From: Rhynchobatus australiae
Lineage: Eukaryota
Direction: 5' to 3'
Assembly: GCA_034780895.1 (NCBI GenBank)
Contig: JAUZTB010000017.1
Location: 24,343,826 to 24,407,825 of the forward strand
DNA: 64,000 nucleotides
Of this stretch, positions 1-12,269 are shown in pieces. The notes beneath the pieces were generated by a model. That model did no database searches, was not told the DNA's origin, and saw nothing but the letters and a program-made list of their open reading frames with translations. Made by a program: the position numbers and the translations under genes. Every line of letters starts with the position of its first letter. Within the stretch, counting starts at the first letter, position 1.

Positions 1-190
1 ATAACACAGAGTAGGTCAGGCAGTATCTGTGGAAAGAGAAACAGGCCCAACACCCTCAATTGATGGTCCTTCTCCAGCCCCACCATAAATGATCATTGAC
101 CTGATACAGTGACCTTGCTCGCCTCCCCTCAGGAGGTCACCCAATCTGCAGAGCATCCCCTGCATTCTCTACTCTTAACCTGGATTCAGC
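1..190. mobile_element. Degenerate Penelope-like element palindromic terminus
   Basis: GGTCAGGCAGTATCTGTGGAAAGAGAAACAG (14-44) resembles the left arm of the palindrome at 28970-29175; a decayed opposite arm lies at ~90-175, and a GIY-YIG remnant is adjacent. Confidence 0.5.
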
Positions 191-339
191 CAGTTCTGAC
201 AGTGTCTGGAAAGGCTGGTCACCTGAAACCACTAACTTCACTGTTGAGCTTCGATGACTGTAGGGAGTGAGCATGGAAAGTGAGATATTGTTCTCTGAGT
301 TAAAGTGGGGTTTCACTGGACAGTCTAGGAGCTAAAGAC

Positions 340-530
340 AGATGTCAGTTTGGAAGTAGGATGGAGGAGTAAAGTGACAGGCCAAAAGTTCAGAGGTACC
401 CTGATGTCTGAATGGAGGTATTCTGCACATCAGTTACTCCTTTTGCATTTGGATTCTCCAGTGTGGAGGAGACTAAATGCAAAATCTAAATTCAAAGAAG
501 TGCAAATGAATCACTACTTCACCTGCCCTG
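340..530 (-). mobile_element. Penelope-like retroelement, GIY-YIG endonuclease remnant
   Basis: The minus strand reads QVK**FICTSLNL...LLHTGESKCKRSN*CAEYLHS, matching the recalled PLE motif QVKQRFTCTS.NLVYCI.C..CGLLYIGETKRRL..RFAEHLRS, with stops and a deletion. Confidence 0.6.
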
Positions 531-615
531 GGTTCCACTGCTGTGGGTTGCACTAATCAATTTATATTACCTTAACGTATACTGCAATCAGTTACTTTGC
601 TCTACTTTGCTGACT

Positions 616-741
616 AACACTGGCCTGAATTACACTGGCCTGAATTACACTGGCCTGAATTACACTGGCCTGAGTTACACTGGCCTGAGTTACACTGGCC
701 TGAGTTAAAATGCTCTGAGTTACATTGCCCTTAGTTACACT
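616..741. repeat. 15-bp minisatellite (TACACTGGCCTGARt)n
   Basis: Six near-perfect units at 616-705 (three ending GAAT, then three ending GAGT), followed by two degenerate units at 706-735. Confidence 0.95.
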
Positions 742-1004
742 TCACTTATACACTGCCTTTCACTTCACTGCACAGTTGAACAAATGTTTAGGCTGTTAAT
801 TAATCACAGTTAATGCATGTGATTAATACAACCACTTCTTAACCAGTTTGTGATGTATCTTTAAGCATGAAACATATGTTTTTCTCTGTATCTATAAGGG
901 TGTTTGGATTGTGATCCCATTTGGTAGCAAAGTCATGAAGTGCTTTTCAACAGTGTATGTTTCACAGACCTTCAACTCTCATGAAGAATTTAAAGTCTCA
1001 GTAT

Positions 1005-1749
1005 ATAATTGGGTAATTGGTTTATTATTGTCACATGTACCAAGGTACAGTGAAAAACTTAGTTTTGCATGCCATCTGTACAGATCATTTCACAACATAA
1101 GTGCATCAAGGTAGTACAAGGGAAAAGCAATAACAGAATTCAGAATGTGGTGTTACAGTTACAGAAAAAGAGCAGTGCAGGTAGAAAATAAAGTCCATGG
1201 GCCATGAAGGGGCAACTTGTGAGGTCGAGAGTTCATATTTCGTCTGTTCAATAGTCTTATAACAGTGGGATGGAAACTTGGTGGTGCATGTTTTCAAGCT
1301 TTTGTATCTTCTGCCAATGGAATTTGGGATAAGTCAGAATGTCCAGGGTGGGGGGAATTATTGATTATGTCGGCTGCTTTTCTGAGGCAGTGAGAAGTGT
1401 AGACAGAGTCCATGGAGGGGAGGTTGGTTTTCATGATGGACTGAGCTATATCCNNNNNNNNNNNNNNNNNNNNNNNNNNNNNNNNNNNNNNNNNNNNNNN
1501 NNNNNNNNNNNNNNNNNNNNNNNNNNNNNNNNNNNNNNNNNNNNNNNNNNNNNCTATATCCTCAACCCTCTGCAATTTCTTGGGCAGAACGGTTGCTTTA
1601 CCAAGTTGTGATGCATCTGGTTAGGATGCTTTCTAAAGTGCATTTATAAAAATTGGTGAGAGTCGTTGTGGACATACAAAGTTTCCTTAACCTTCTGAAG
1701 AAGTAGAGGTGTTGGTGCACTTTCTTGGCCATGGTGTTTACATGGTTGG
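1005..1749 (-). mobile_element. 5'-truncated Rex1/Babar-clade non-LTR retrotransposon
   Basis: Minus-strand translation MAKKVHQHLYFFRRLRKLCMSTTTLTNFYKCTLESIL...LQRVEDIAQSIMKTNLPSMDSVYTSHCLRKAADIINNSPHPGH is typical of the Rex1 RT C-terminus; the 3' tail is ...TACATGTGACAATAATAAACCAATT. Similar to 7031-7582 and 20495-20826. Confidence 0.85.
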
Positions 1750-2319
1750 AGTATGATGTCAATACCCCAGCATACAAATCATCTTGTAAATAAACTTCTA
1801 CATCTTTTGGATATATACACAGTCACTCAATGCACTCTAAGGATATTAGCTTATTATTTTTTTAATGTGTGCTAATTGCATACACCTACTTTGACCATTC
1901 TGCTTGCCCTAGAATTGGGACCATTACATCCTGGAGCCTTGTTTCCATATTTCCATCAAATTCTTTCTCCAGTCCTATAGTCCTTAACAATCCCTTTTCT
2001 CTTGCTCCATGGAAACTGCAGCAAGTTACAGCACAGGGACAATTGTCTTCTAACTTTAATAAATAAACATTCCCACCATGGACTTCTAACTTTTAGAAAC
2101 AGCTACAGTGTCATTTGCCACTGATTTAGTCAACACAAAGTCAGGTGCTGATTGCTGCATCCAAAGCATCTTTGGTCCCTTCACTAACTTCTCCCATGAG
2201 TGGATCATAAAGGAGTGATCAAAGTGTCGGCATCAGGATCACACGTTCCCACACAATATCTGCATGCACAATCCAAAAATCGATTAATTTGCAGCAAGGA
2301 GGATCTCTAAAGATGTTCA

Positions 2320-3228
2320 GGGATGAAGGGTGGGTTGGTAAGTTTGCAGATGACACCAAGGTTGATGGTGTAGTAGATAGTGCAGAAGGTTGTCGTCGGT
2401 TGCAGTGCGATATAGACAGGATGAAGAGTTGGATGGAGAAGTGGCAGATGGATTTCAATCCGGAGAAATGTGAAGTCATGCACTTTGGAAGATCGAACTT
2501 GAAGGCAGATTATATGGTTAATGGCAGGATTCTTAGCAGTGTAAAGGAACAGAGAGATATTGGGCCCAAGTACATAGATCCCCCATAAATTGCCACACAA
2601 GCTAATAGGGTGGTTAAGAAGGCATATGGTGTGCTGGCCTTCATTAGCCGGGGGATTGAGTTCAAGAGCCGAGACATAATGTTGCAGTTCTATGAGACTC
2701 CGGTTAGACCACACTTGGAATATTGTGTTCAGTTCTGGTCACCACATTAATAGGAAAGATGTGGAAGCTTTGGAGAGGGTGCAGAGGAGATTTATAAGGA
2801 TGCTGTCTGGATTGAAGAACATGTCTTATGAGGAGAGGTTGAGCAAGTTAGGGCTTTTCTCTTTGGAGCGATAGAGGATGAAAGGTGACTTGATAGAGGT
2901 ATATAAGATTATGAGAGGTGTGGGCAGAGTGAACAGCCAGTATCTTTTCCCCAAGGTGGCAATGGCCAATACTAGAGGTCACCCATTTTAGGTGCATGGA
3001 GGAAAGAGGTCTTTTACACAGAGAGTGGGGGGGTGCCTGGAATGCTCTTCCAGGGGTGCTGGTAGGGGCCAATACAATAGGGTCATTTAAGAGACTCTTG
3101 GATAGGCACATGGACAAAAGAAAAATAGAGGGTTATGGGAGGTGAATTAGAGAGGGAGATAGATTGTATGTGAATAAAGTTGATATAGGTCAGCACAACA
3201 TCATGGGCTGGACTATGTTCTATGTTTT
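2320..3228 (+). mobile_element. 5'-truncated CR1-clade LINE (RT C-terminal part and 3' UTR)
   Basis: ORF 2289-2588 has KFADDTK...LQCDIDRMKSW.EKWQMDFNPEKCEVMHFG; ORF 2692-2874 has LERVQRRFIRML...YEERLSKLGLFSLE; frameshifted; ends in a CTATGTT repeat tail. Confidence 0.95.
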
Positions 3229-4289
3229 ACGAAAAGCAGAAGAGTGCCTCAGAAGAGCCAAAGGAAAAGCTGAAACAAAGAAATCCAAAGGTCAAATTCG
3301 TGCTGAGATTCACACAGAGAAAAATCAAGTGGCATGAGATGTGAAGAAAAGAGAAGGCAAACAATTACCACATGTGCCTATCCTGAAACTGGTAGGAATC
3401 AATAATGGGGACCCAGGTGATTCAGATACTGGAAAGAAACAAGAAAAAAATGAAGAGGCATATGAGATGCATGAAAAGCTGGTATATTGTTTAAAATGGA
3501 ATGGTGGTAGATTTTTTCAGTTTTGTTACGGAGCTACATTGTATTTTCTTTCTAGTTTTGAGCTGGTAGCATTAAGCCATAGTTCATTACTTCAGTCTTA
3601 TGGTGTTTAATAAAAAGCAACCCTAGGCAAGGAATTTGCTCCAACTTCTAGCAAACAGGAGCGCGTTTGGAGACATCTCGGGAGGTGGATGTGGGTTGCA
3701 GGTGCATATTTCTTTTCTTACAGCCATGGAGTGCAATTAACAGGTTAAAAAGAATAACATATTAATTTGTGTTTGTTAATCACACATCTTTACAGTGATT
3801 AATTGTCAGCCCCAAAATTACTGTTATTATTCCTTTTATAGTTTAAATATTTGTAGTCAGAGGTAATAAAGTGAACCCTTTTTATTNNNNNNNNNNNNNN
3901 NNNNNNNNNNNNNNNNNNNNNNNNNNNNNNNNNNNNNNNNNNNNNNNNNNNNNNNNNNNNNNNNNNNNNNNNNNNNNNNNNNNNCTGATTTTCATGTTTT
4001 TGCATTGAATGAACAGTGGTCTGGGAGTTTCAATGGTCTGTTATTTAAGATCAAACTAAATCTTACTTTGGGCTTTTACATTGTACAAGGAAAGCTGCTG
4101 ACCACTTGATTTTGCTGCATTGAGTAGATGCACTATAATGTGCTTTAACACCCACACATCAAGCAATTAAGTGGGAAGCCTTATTAATTAAAGGACAATT
4201 GAAAATGATAAATGCTATATTGAGGCAGTAAAATCCCAGAAATAGCACAGTGGAGGAGGTCAATGTTACATTTGCAATTGGGCCAAACA

Positions 4290-4495
4290 ACTTGGCCATG
4301 GGAACGCCAAGGTTACAGGAGTAGGAATGTATAGGCATACAATGTAATAAAGGGTTATCCCTTTCAATTTTGGTAAGCACTGGTGCGGAGGCCTTTGGAG
4401 AACACCCCTGAGTCAATGCTGTCTCCCAAACCTGATGGATCAGGAAGAACATGTCAGATTTAAAGAAATCTCCTAAAGTAATCCCACAGTTCTAT
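4290..4495 (+). mobile_element. Highly decayed CR1-like fragment
   Basis: TAAGCACTGGTGCGGAGGCCTTTGGAGAAC resembles the K.LVRPHLEY coding stretch of CR1 ORF2. Confidence 0.35.
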
Positions 4496-4712
4496 CATAT
4501 GTGACAAGCACCTGCCACAAATAAGAGAGGAACCCATCTTTGTAATCAATTTTATGTTTTGTTCCTTGATGTAGGCTACCAAGCTGTTATAGGAGATTAT
4601 CCAGATTTCAACCCAGCATTATAGACACAAGAGCTGAAGGGAAGGGAGATTCACGATGGTGCTTCCTGGAAGGGAGGGCTGTTGTCATAAACAGAGATTG
4701 GATAGGCTGGAG

Positions 4713-5087
4713 AGAGGACCTTAGAGGTTTATAAAATAATGAGGGCATAGATAGGATAGACAGAGTCTTTTTACAAATGCAGGGGAGTCTAGACCCAGAG
4801 TGCATAGGATTAAGGTGAGAGGGGAGAAACTTAAAGGAGCTGTGAGGGATAAGTTTTTCACTCAGAGACTGATGGTTATTTGGAATGAGCTGCCAGAGGA
4901 GGTGATGAAGGCAGATACAATTACAACATATAAAAGGCATTCGGACTGGTACTTACATAGGAAAGGAGTAGAGAGAAACTGGCCAAATGGGGGCAAAAGG
5001 AATTAGGATAGGTAAGCACTGTGGTCAGTATGGGCAAGGTCTGCTGAAAGGGCCTGCTTCTGTGCTGTGTGTTTCTATGATTCTATC
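4713..5087 (+). mobile_element. CR1 LINE 3' fragment
   Basis: ORF 4800-5006 HRIKVRGEKLKGAVRDKFFTQRLMVIWNELPEEV; tail ...TGTGCTGTG...TTCTATGATTCTAT. Confidence 0.9.
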
Positions 5088-5139
5088 AGAAACTGCACAG
5101 GTCAAAGGGAATTAGGTTTACATTGTTATCTGATGCCTT

Positions 5140-5310
5140 GGTGCTTCAGGTAGATACAACAGCCACATTTAAGAGGCATTTAGACAAGCACATGACCAGG
5201 TAGGGAATGGAGGAATACTGTCCACATGCAGGCAGATGGGATTAGTTTGGATTTGACATCATGGGCCCGAAGGGCCTGTTCCTGTGCTGTACTATTTTAT
5301 GTTCTATGTG
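5140..5310 (+). mobile_element. Short CR1 3' end
   Basis: CATTTAAGAGGCATTTAGACAAGCACATG...GGGCCCGAAGGGCCTGTTCCTGTGCTGTAC...TATGTTCTATG matches the other CR1 tails in the window. Confidence 0.8.
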
Positions 5311-6761
5311 CAAAGTTTGTTCTATATTCAGGAACAACTGCCTCACTATGATTGTTACCTCAGCCTCCTGTGTGCCTTCAGGATTCTGCTGGTCTCTTGC
5401 TTTCACTGACCAATGCATCTTTCAACTTTTTCAGGAATCCGAAGATAGCAGACCAGATGACATTGCACACATTACCAGTGTTAGCTTGGAAGTTTAACAT
5501 CCTTAATTGTCCCTGCAGCAACCATGCAGATATCAGATCTTGTGGGCTAGTCTTGGTCTGGAAACAATTTGGCTTTATTGCATATACCTTGATATGCATC
5601 AATCTTGTAAAGAATTAATCCTTATTCAGTGCTAGGCATCAGGAACAATGTATACAATGGAAAGTGCAGCATTTAGGCTAGATGATGCAATTTGTAGTTC
5701 ATTTGACATGTCTCTGACATTCAATTTCTAGCACTTCTCACCTAATTCTAGTGGTTAGGGGGTACAAAATATGATAACCATTGTGAGATGGATAAAGCAA
5801 GGAGTGAAATTGGCCTTGGGCAGAAATGCAAAACAAGAAAGCATAAATCAATTCTCCATTTCATACTCTGTCTGATTTTGCCTTTACAATATAGAATGGG
5901 CTCTGATTCCAAATTCCCCCTATGCTGCTGTTCAGTCTCTACAACAGATAAATGGTATTAACCAATATATGAGCTCTAGAAATGGAATGCAACTATACTG
6001 CCTGAGTCTTGATATATGGTTGGTTACAAACATGTCCATAGTGCTAAACATATTATTTAGTCAGGTCAGCAAGTTGTCCTCTACCTTAGAAACTCATTCC
6101 ACTGAAGTCAATGGGAGGAATTCCAATGGCAGAAGGCAATACCCTGATCTGCCCACGTGGCACATTTAGCACTAGCAACTGAGGATGAATTTCTGGGTAT
6201 GTGTATTTTCCACTGTATTAACAATACCCTGTGGTGTGCTGGAACCAGAGCATGAGCTGACCAGTCTTCAGTATTTAACCCTTTAAAATTAACAATAATT
6301 AAATCTCAAATACCACATGCATGCATCCAGTGCCAGCAATAACTTACAGGTTTATGTGTCGGAAATTTATATTAATGCAAATTTTAAACAGTTCCTTTAA
6401 AAGGTTGTGTGAATCAACATGAAAGTATGCACAAGCATCTAATTTCACTTGCACATTTTAGAGGCTTAAATATGGACAAAAGGGTAATTTTCAGACTTCA
6501 CACTCCCAATAGCTAGTCTTCCTAGCTGAGAGCATGTCCTAGGCATTACAGCAAGTACTGTGCACAATTTTCTGATCATTAATTTGAAATGATTTGAAAA
6601 TTCTGTGTGGTATCTGTATGAATTTCTGGCATGTCCCCTCAAGGAACAAGGTTGTCTCCTGAGAACCTTAAATCCTCACTTGCTGCTCCTTGGAGCAAAT
6701 GATCAAGACTGCTGAAGAGTCAGTAACATGACAGATTTCTATAAGGAAATCCAGTACCAAA

Positions 6762-7030
6762 CAGGCAAATAGGGTGGTGAAAAAGGCTTCATGGGCCAAG
6801 AGTTGAGTATAAGAGTTGGGACGTCATGTTGCAGCTGTACCGAACAGTTGTTAGACTGCACTTGGAGTATTGTGAACAGTTCTGGTCACCACACTACAGA
6901 AAAGATATGGTAGCAATAGAGAGAGTACAGAAGGGCTGTATTTATAAGGAGAGATTGGATAATCTGGGTTTATTCTCATTGGAATGTAAGAGGCTGAGGG
7001 GTGATCTTATAGGGAGGTTTATACAATTAT
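6762..7030 (+). mobile_element. CR1 LINE fragment, 5' part (split by a Rex1 insertion)
   Basis: ORF 6826-7032 MLQLYRTVVRLHLEYCEQFWSPHYRKDMVAIERVQK...YKERLDNLGLFSLECKRLRGDLI; continues at 7587. Confidence 0.9.
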
Positions 7031-7582
7031 AGTAAATTGGTAAATTGGTTTATTATTATCACATGTACTGAGGGATAGTGAAAAACTTTTTTTTTGCATA
7101 CCATCCATACAGATCATTTCATTAAAACAGTGCAATGAGTAGTACAAGAGAAAGCAATAACAGAATGCAGAATAAAGTGTTCAGTTACAGAGAAAGTGCA
7201 GTGCAGGCAAGGCCATGATGAGGTAGATTGTGAGGTCAAGAGTCCATCTTATCATACGAGGGGATCATTCAATAGTCTTATAACAATGGGATAGAAGCTG
7301 TCCTTGAGCCTGGTGGTACTGTCTTCAGGCTTTTGTATCTTCTGCCCAATGGGATGGGGGAGAAGAGAGAGAATGTCCTAGGTGGGTAGGGTCTTTGATT
7401 ATGCTGGCTGCTTCACTGAGGCAGCAAGAGGTATAGACAGAGTCCAAGGAGGGGAGGCTGGTTTCCATGATGTGCTGAGCATTTGCCATACCAAGCTGTG
7501 ATGCATCTGGATAGAAAGCTTTCTATGATGCATCGATAAAAATTGGTGAGGGTCAACGGGGACATGCCAAATTTCTTTCTTC
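7031..7582 (-). mobile_element. Rex1/Babar fragment nested in a CR1
   Basis: Strong similarity to 1005-1749; (CCAATTTA)2 tail on the minus strand; flanked by AATTAT at 7025-7030 and 7587-7592 (candidate target-site duplication). Confidence 0.9.
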
Positions 7583-7586
7583 AATA

Positions 7587-7935
7587 AATTATGAGGGATA
7601 TAAATAGGATACATAGTCTTTTTCCTGGGTCAAGGGAGTCCAGAAGTAGAAGGCACAGGTTTTAGATGAGAGGGGAGAAACTTAAAGAAGATCTAAGAGG
7701 TAAGTTTTTCACACAGAGGTTGGTGGATATCTGAAAAAGGTTGCCAGAAAAGATAGTGCAGGTGGATACAAGTACAGTTTAAAAGATATGTAGACAGGTA
7801 CTTTGATAGGAAAGGCACAGAGAGATACAGGCCTAATATGGGCAAGTGAAGTTAGTGTGGATAGATATCACGGTCGGTATGGATGAAGTGGGCTGCAAGG
7901 GTCTGCTTCTGTGCTGTGTGATTCAATGATTCTAA
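7587..7935 (+). mobile_element. CR1 LINE fragment, 3' part
   Basis: Resumes at AATTATGAGGG (K-I-M-R-G codons) and runs through TTTTTCACACAGAGG to the tail TGTGCTGTGTGATTCAATGATTCTA. Confidence 0.9.
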
Positions 7936-10334
7936 TTGAGCAATTGATGGCAGAAATGTGGTTTTAGAAGTCCACTCATTTTCCCCACTCTTGATATTTA
8001 ATTTTGCACAAAAATCACCAATTATTAAAGTACTCTACATTATTGATATTAAAAACATTGAACTTGCCAAAATTTATGTCATAGATACAGTGTGAATTCT
8101 GAGATATTGCTGAAATAGCCCACCATTACTATTTCCCTTAGGGATATACATCCGCAGGATGACAGACCCAGATGGGAATAACTCTGTAAACAAAGGAAAA
8201 TACATTTAATAATGACTTGTTTATAAAAATTGAAACCAACAGCTTGTGCAATTGATTAATTGAATATCTATGGCACTACAAGAAATTAGCCAATCATGCT
8301 GGTAAATTACTTTTATTTATGCAGATTTAGTGCATCTCACTAACCACATCTTGATAAAGGAAGCATTCATTCTCAGCTGGATATCAGATCACTCAGTCAG
8401 GAACCATAACAACTTGGTGGGAAATTAATTCACTTCAGAGGCCAATCAGCAGGGCTCAGTGGGAAAATGGTCAGCAGAATCTTTTATGGATGTCCATAAC
8501 TACTGAATTGGAACAAAGCACATGTACATAGCAAAGTCACAGGCAATCATTTTCACTAATAGTTTTGAGTTAAAGCACTTGCACTGGTTTTAATATTGAG
8601 CACAAATCTTTTAAGCTGTGAAACAATTTAGGTTTTATTACATCCTTGTGTTCTTTTCCAGGCCAATTTAGCTAAGATTTCTGGGGCCTGTTTTCAGTAA
8701 CAATGTCGTAACTGAAACAGTTCATTTTCAGTAATATTCTACACAACTCTCATACAAAATAATAGACAGGGTTTTTGAAGGCTTTACTACAACAAGGACT
8801 TTAGTTGACATTCTTAACCATGAGAGTAATATGTAAATGGCTTCTAAATCCCAAATAAATCTTAAATTGCATTAGCTTCTTTAATTTTTATCTATTTTCA
8901 GCTCTATACAATATTGTTATGCATGAGTTATAGCAATAAGACAAGAATTGATAAGAAAACATGGGCAAGATTCACAGAAACAAAGTGCTACAGACACTCC
9001 AATTTAGTCTAAATACATTTATTGTTTTTGATAAGATGGACAGATAGGCTGTCAAGTACAGTTGTTAATTATTTCAGGTTTACAGAAGTGTGATAATCAA
9101 TCTGCTGTAACATTGTTATTTAAAATAAAAGGCAATTCTAATGTGATCTGGATAGAAAATAAATATATTTATTCCAAAAATCATTCAAGAATATAATTCA
9201 AATCATTTGGAAAGTCTGCCAGACAGTGAGCATACATGATGCATATGTATGTGCAACCTGTTTGGATCTGCCTGATTAATATTACTTGATATGAGCATTC
9301 AAAATTAAACCAGAAATAAATGAAGGGGAACAATGGTCACATTTGTACTATTAGTTTCTATACCTTGCCGCCAGAGGTAAATTTTACTCACAGAGCAGGA
9401 GATGAGCTTACTTGTGAATGTTTTATAAAGATGTCAAAAGATCAAAATTGTATCATATTCCTGACCACAAGGTCACATGGGTCCAATTCAATATAAATAG
9501 CATAGAAAGAATACTCATTCAATCTGGTGAAATCCAGGATATCTTATGCAAGACATAATTTGTTTCAACCACTGTCTGTGGCATATGGGTGACCAATGAG
9601 CATTATGTCAGAATACAGTCTTCATTTGTCTCCACACTCAATGTAAGAGGGTTTTACAAGAGCTGTTACAAAGTAGTCAATCTTTTGATGTTAAATGGCA
9701 GAGGAGAGGATTTTTCTGGGAAGTTATGCACTGACCTTTATTTGAACATTTCATAATTTATTTGTTTTTTAAATTAAAATCATATTAAGTTAAATAATTA
9801 CTGAGAGTAAATGAGTGAAATGTTTCATCTAACCAATGTTAATTGTGTTCCTTTTTTATATAAAAAAATAAACCAAATAATCAACCAAAGCAGGCATTGT
9901 TCTTTCTCAGAAATATTCAATGACCTACCTTAACCAAAATGTATTGAATTTCAATTGTTCATTCATCTTTGCAGTTGTATTTTGAACAAACTATTGTGAT
10001 TGTCAGGATAAATAATTTTTGTATGAACAGGCTATTTCTATCCTTTTCCTTTCCAGGATGCATCGTGTGTATCTCTTTCATCTTGCTTAATAGGTTAGCC
10101 TATGGGTTTTTTTTAAGAAGAGGTCACTAATAAGAAATGAAACAAATCAAATTATCATTGTAGCAACAATAAAAGAATAGCAGACCCTAATTAAAGTAGT
10201 ATAGATCCTGAAGAACTACAAGGAAAGACTCTTTCATTATTAGGTACATTTTAAGAGAACCTAATGGTATACTTTGGGATATTATGTCTGAACTTTTGCC
10301 GAAGCTCTCCCCTTGTTTTCCCACTTTGTTCACA

Positions 10335-10435
10335 GGAGCTGTTGTGTGGGCCAGCATTTAGTACCTAAGCCCAATTTCTCCTGAGCAGAATGGCTTGCCA
10401 GAATATTTCAGAGGGCGGTTAAAAGTCAACCATCT
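10335..10435 (-). mobile_element. Fragment of the tRNA-derived SINE family seen at 35538-35862
   Basis: GGCCAGCATTTA...CCCAATTTCTCCTGA...ATTTCAGAGGGCGGTTAAAAGTCAACCAC resembles the 3' part of that family. Confidence 0.45.
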
Positions 10436-11016
10436 CTGAAACGTATTTACTTTGCAATTGCGAATAACTTCAGTTGATTGTGTTAAATGGCTGTGGGCCT
10501 AACTTTCGGCCCAATTTTACCTCTAGTGCCTTTAAGTAATGCCATTTAGTAAAGAATTACTACAATTAAAACTAATCAGTGCACAACATGGACTCTTAGA
10601 GTAGTAGGTCTGGCCAATTATAAATGTAAAATGCCATTGGGAAGAATGAAAAGAACTAGTGGTTCAGGGTTAAATTTTGTGTTCTAAATGTAGTTATCCA
10701 ATATAATGCTGAANNNNNNNNNNNNNNNNNNNNNNNNNNNNNNNNNNNNNNNNNNNNNNNNNNNNNNNNNNNNNNNNNNNNNNNNNNNNNNNNNNNNNNN
10801 NNNNNNNNNNNNNNNNNNNNNNNNNNNNNNNNNNNNNNNNNNNNNNNNNNNNNNNNNNNNNNNNNNNNNNNNNNNNNNNNNNNNNNNNNNNNNNNNNNNN
10901 NNNNNNNNNNNNNNNNNNNNNNNNNNNNNNNNNNNNNNNNNNNNNNNNNNNNNNNNNNNNNNNNNNNNNNNNNNNNNNNNNNNNNNNNNNNNNNNNNNNN
11001 NNNNNNNNNNNNNNNA

Positions 11017-11233
11017 ATTTCTAGTAAGGCCTTTAAACAATCAGCTGTTCAAGCTTGGTAACTTCTGAATTGGGCCAAATTGTAAAATTGTGCTTTTGTC
11101 AATACTCTATAAAAACTTACCATGGTGTTTGAAGAGAATTGACAGAAGCACAGAATGTACACTTTTACAATTTGGTGCAATTCAGAAGTTACCAAGCTCG
11201 AATTGTGAATCGCTTCAAGGTCTTACTAGAAAT
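11017..11233. repeat. Long imperfect palindrome (fold-back), family unknown
   Basis: Left arm ATTTCTAGTAAGGCCTT...AGCTTGGTAACTTCTGAATTGGGCCAAATTGTAAAA-TTGTGCTTTTGTCAATACTCT pairs with right arm AGAGAATTGACAGAAGCACA...TTTTACAATTTGGTGCAATTCAGAAGTTACCAAGCT...AAGGTCTTACTAGAAAT; the centre is ACCATGGT at 11119-11126. Confidence 0.9.
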
Positions 11234-12269
11234 ATGGGATCCTGTGCAGACTGTTCTCCAGGCAAATTAATTGAGTGTCAATGTAGCTTCAGGCCTCCAT
11301 TCCCATTCTCACTTTACAATCTTTCCAGATTTATTCTCTAATGCCTCCTTGGGAGATCTCAGAATTAGTAGTTGCCTGTTGATGGTACCAGAAAATAATT
11401 AATTGGTCCATGTTTTGTTGCTTGCTTGCTTTACACTATTTTTCAGTGAAAGACAAGTCAAGAGTTTGTTGAGCAGTAATTTTATGTATATTTAGCAGAA
11501 AATAACATGAATGCTTTGTGATCAAGTTTGCTCCCTCTCTGATCCCACTTTTTCTGTCTCTCCTGAAATTCAGTGCTTTCTCCTGCAATATTAAGATCCA
11601 CGATATTGCCCAAGGAGTAGGTAGAGGAAAAGCTTCCTCCATATCAATGATCGGAAGAGGATAGATTTAATGTGATTTTTTAGAAGGATTAGAAGGGAGT
11701 TGCAGGAAACTATTGAACTCAAGGGGAAAAAGCATGTCCCAGCAGGGAAAAATTAGGCAAGAAAATAAATAATAAAAGGTGGGAAAATGTGAAGTGGAGA
11801 ACAATGATGCCGACCAGAATGTATGATCCTCTTTTCCACCTCTTCCTTTAATATGCCATAGATCAACATTTTACAAAATTCAACCCCATTTCACTCTCCT
11901 TCATTAGTTAAAAGGCCACTCTCCAGACACTAACCAAAAGTGGGTGAGGGTTTTGGAGCATATGAGGCCTCTGCCACAGACTGATACTCATGCACCCATG
12001 CAGTGACAGATTCCGTCATCAGAATATAAGACAGTATGTTGGGTGCACACTGGGGGCTGGATGGGATGCAAGAATGGATAAGCTTTAATCCAGGCCCGCT
12101 CTTACCAATATGCCTTCCACACTCCCCTGATTGTACTCATCTGTTGAGCACTTTGTAGTAGATTCATACAGAGCTGAATGGCCAAGACCAGAGAATTATG
12201 CATCCTATAGAAGGTGGCATTTATAGAGTGTAAGGCCTCCCTGAGGGCCAGCATTCCCTTGTGTAATTA

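Noticed and set aside
616-741. Possible CRISPR-like array
   Set aside because: The units are contiguous with no unique spacers, the context is vertebrate, and there are no cas genes; it is a minisatellite.
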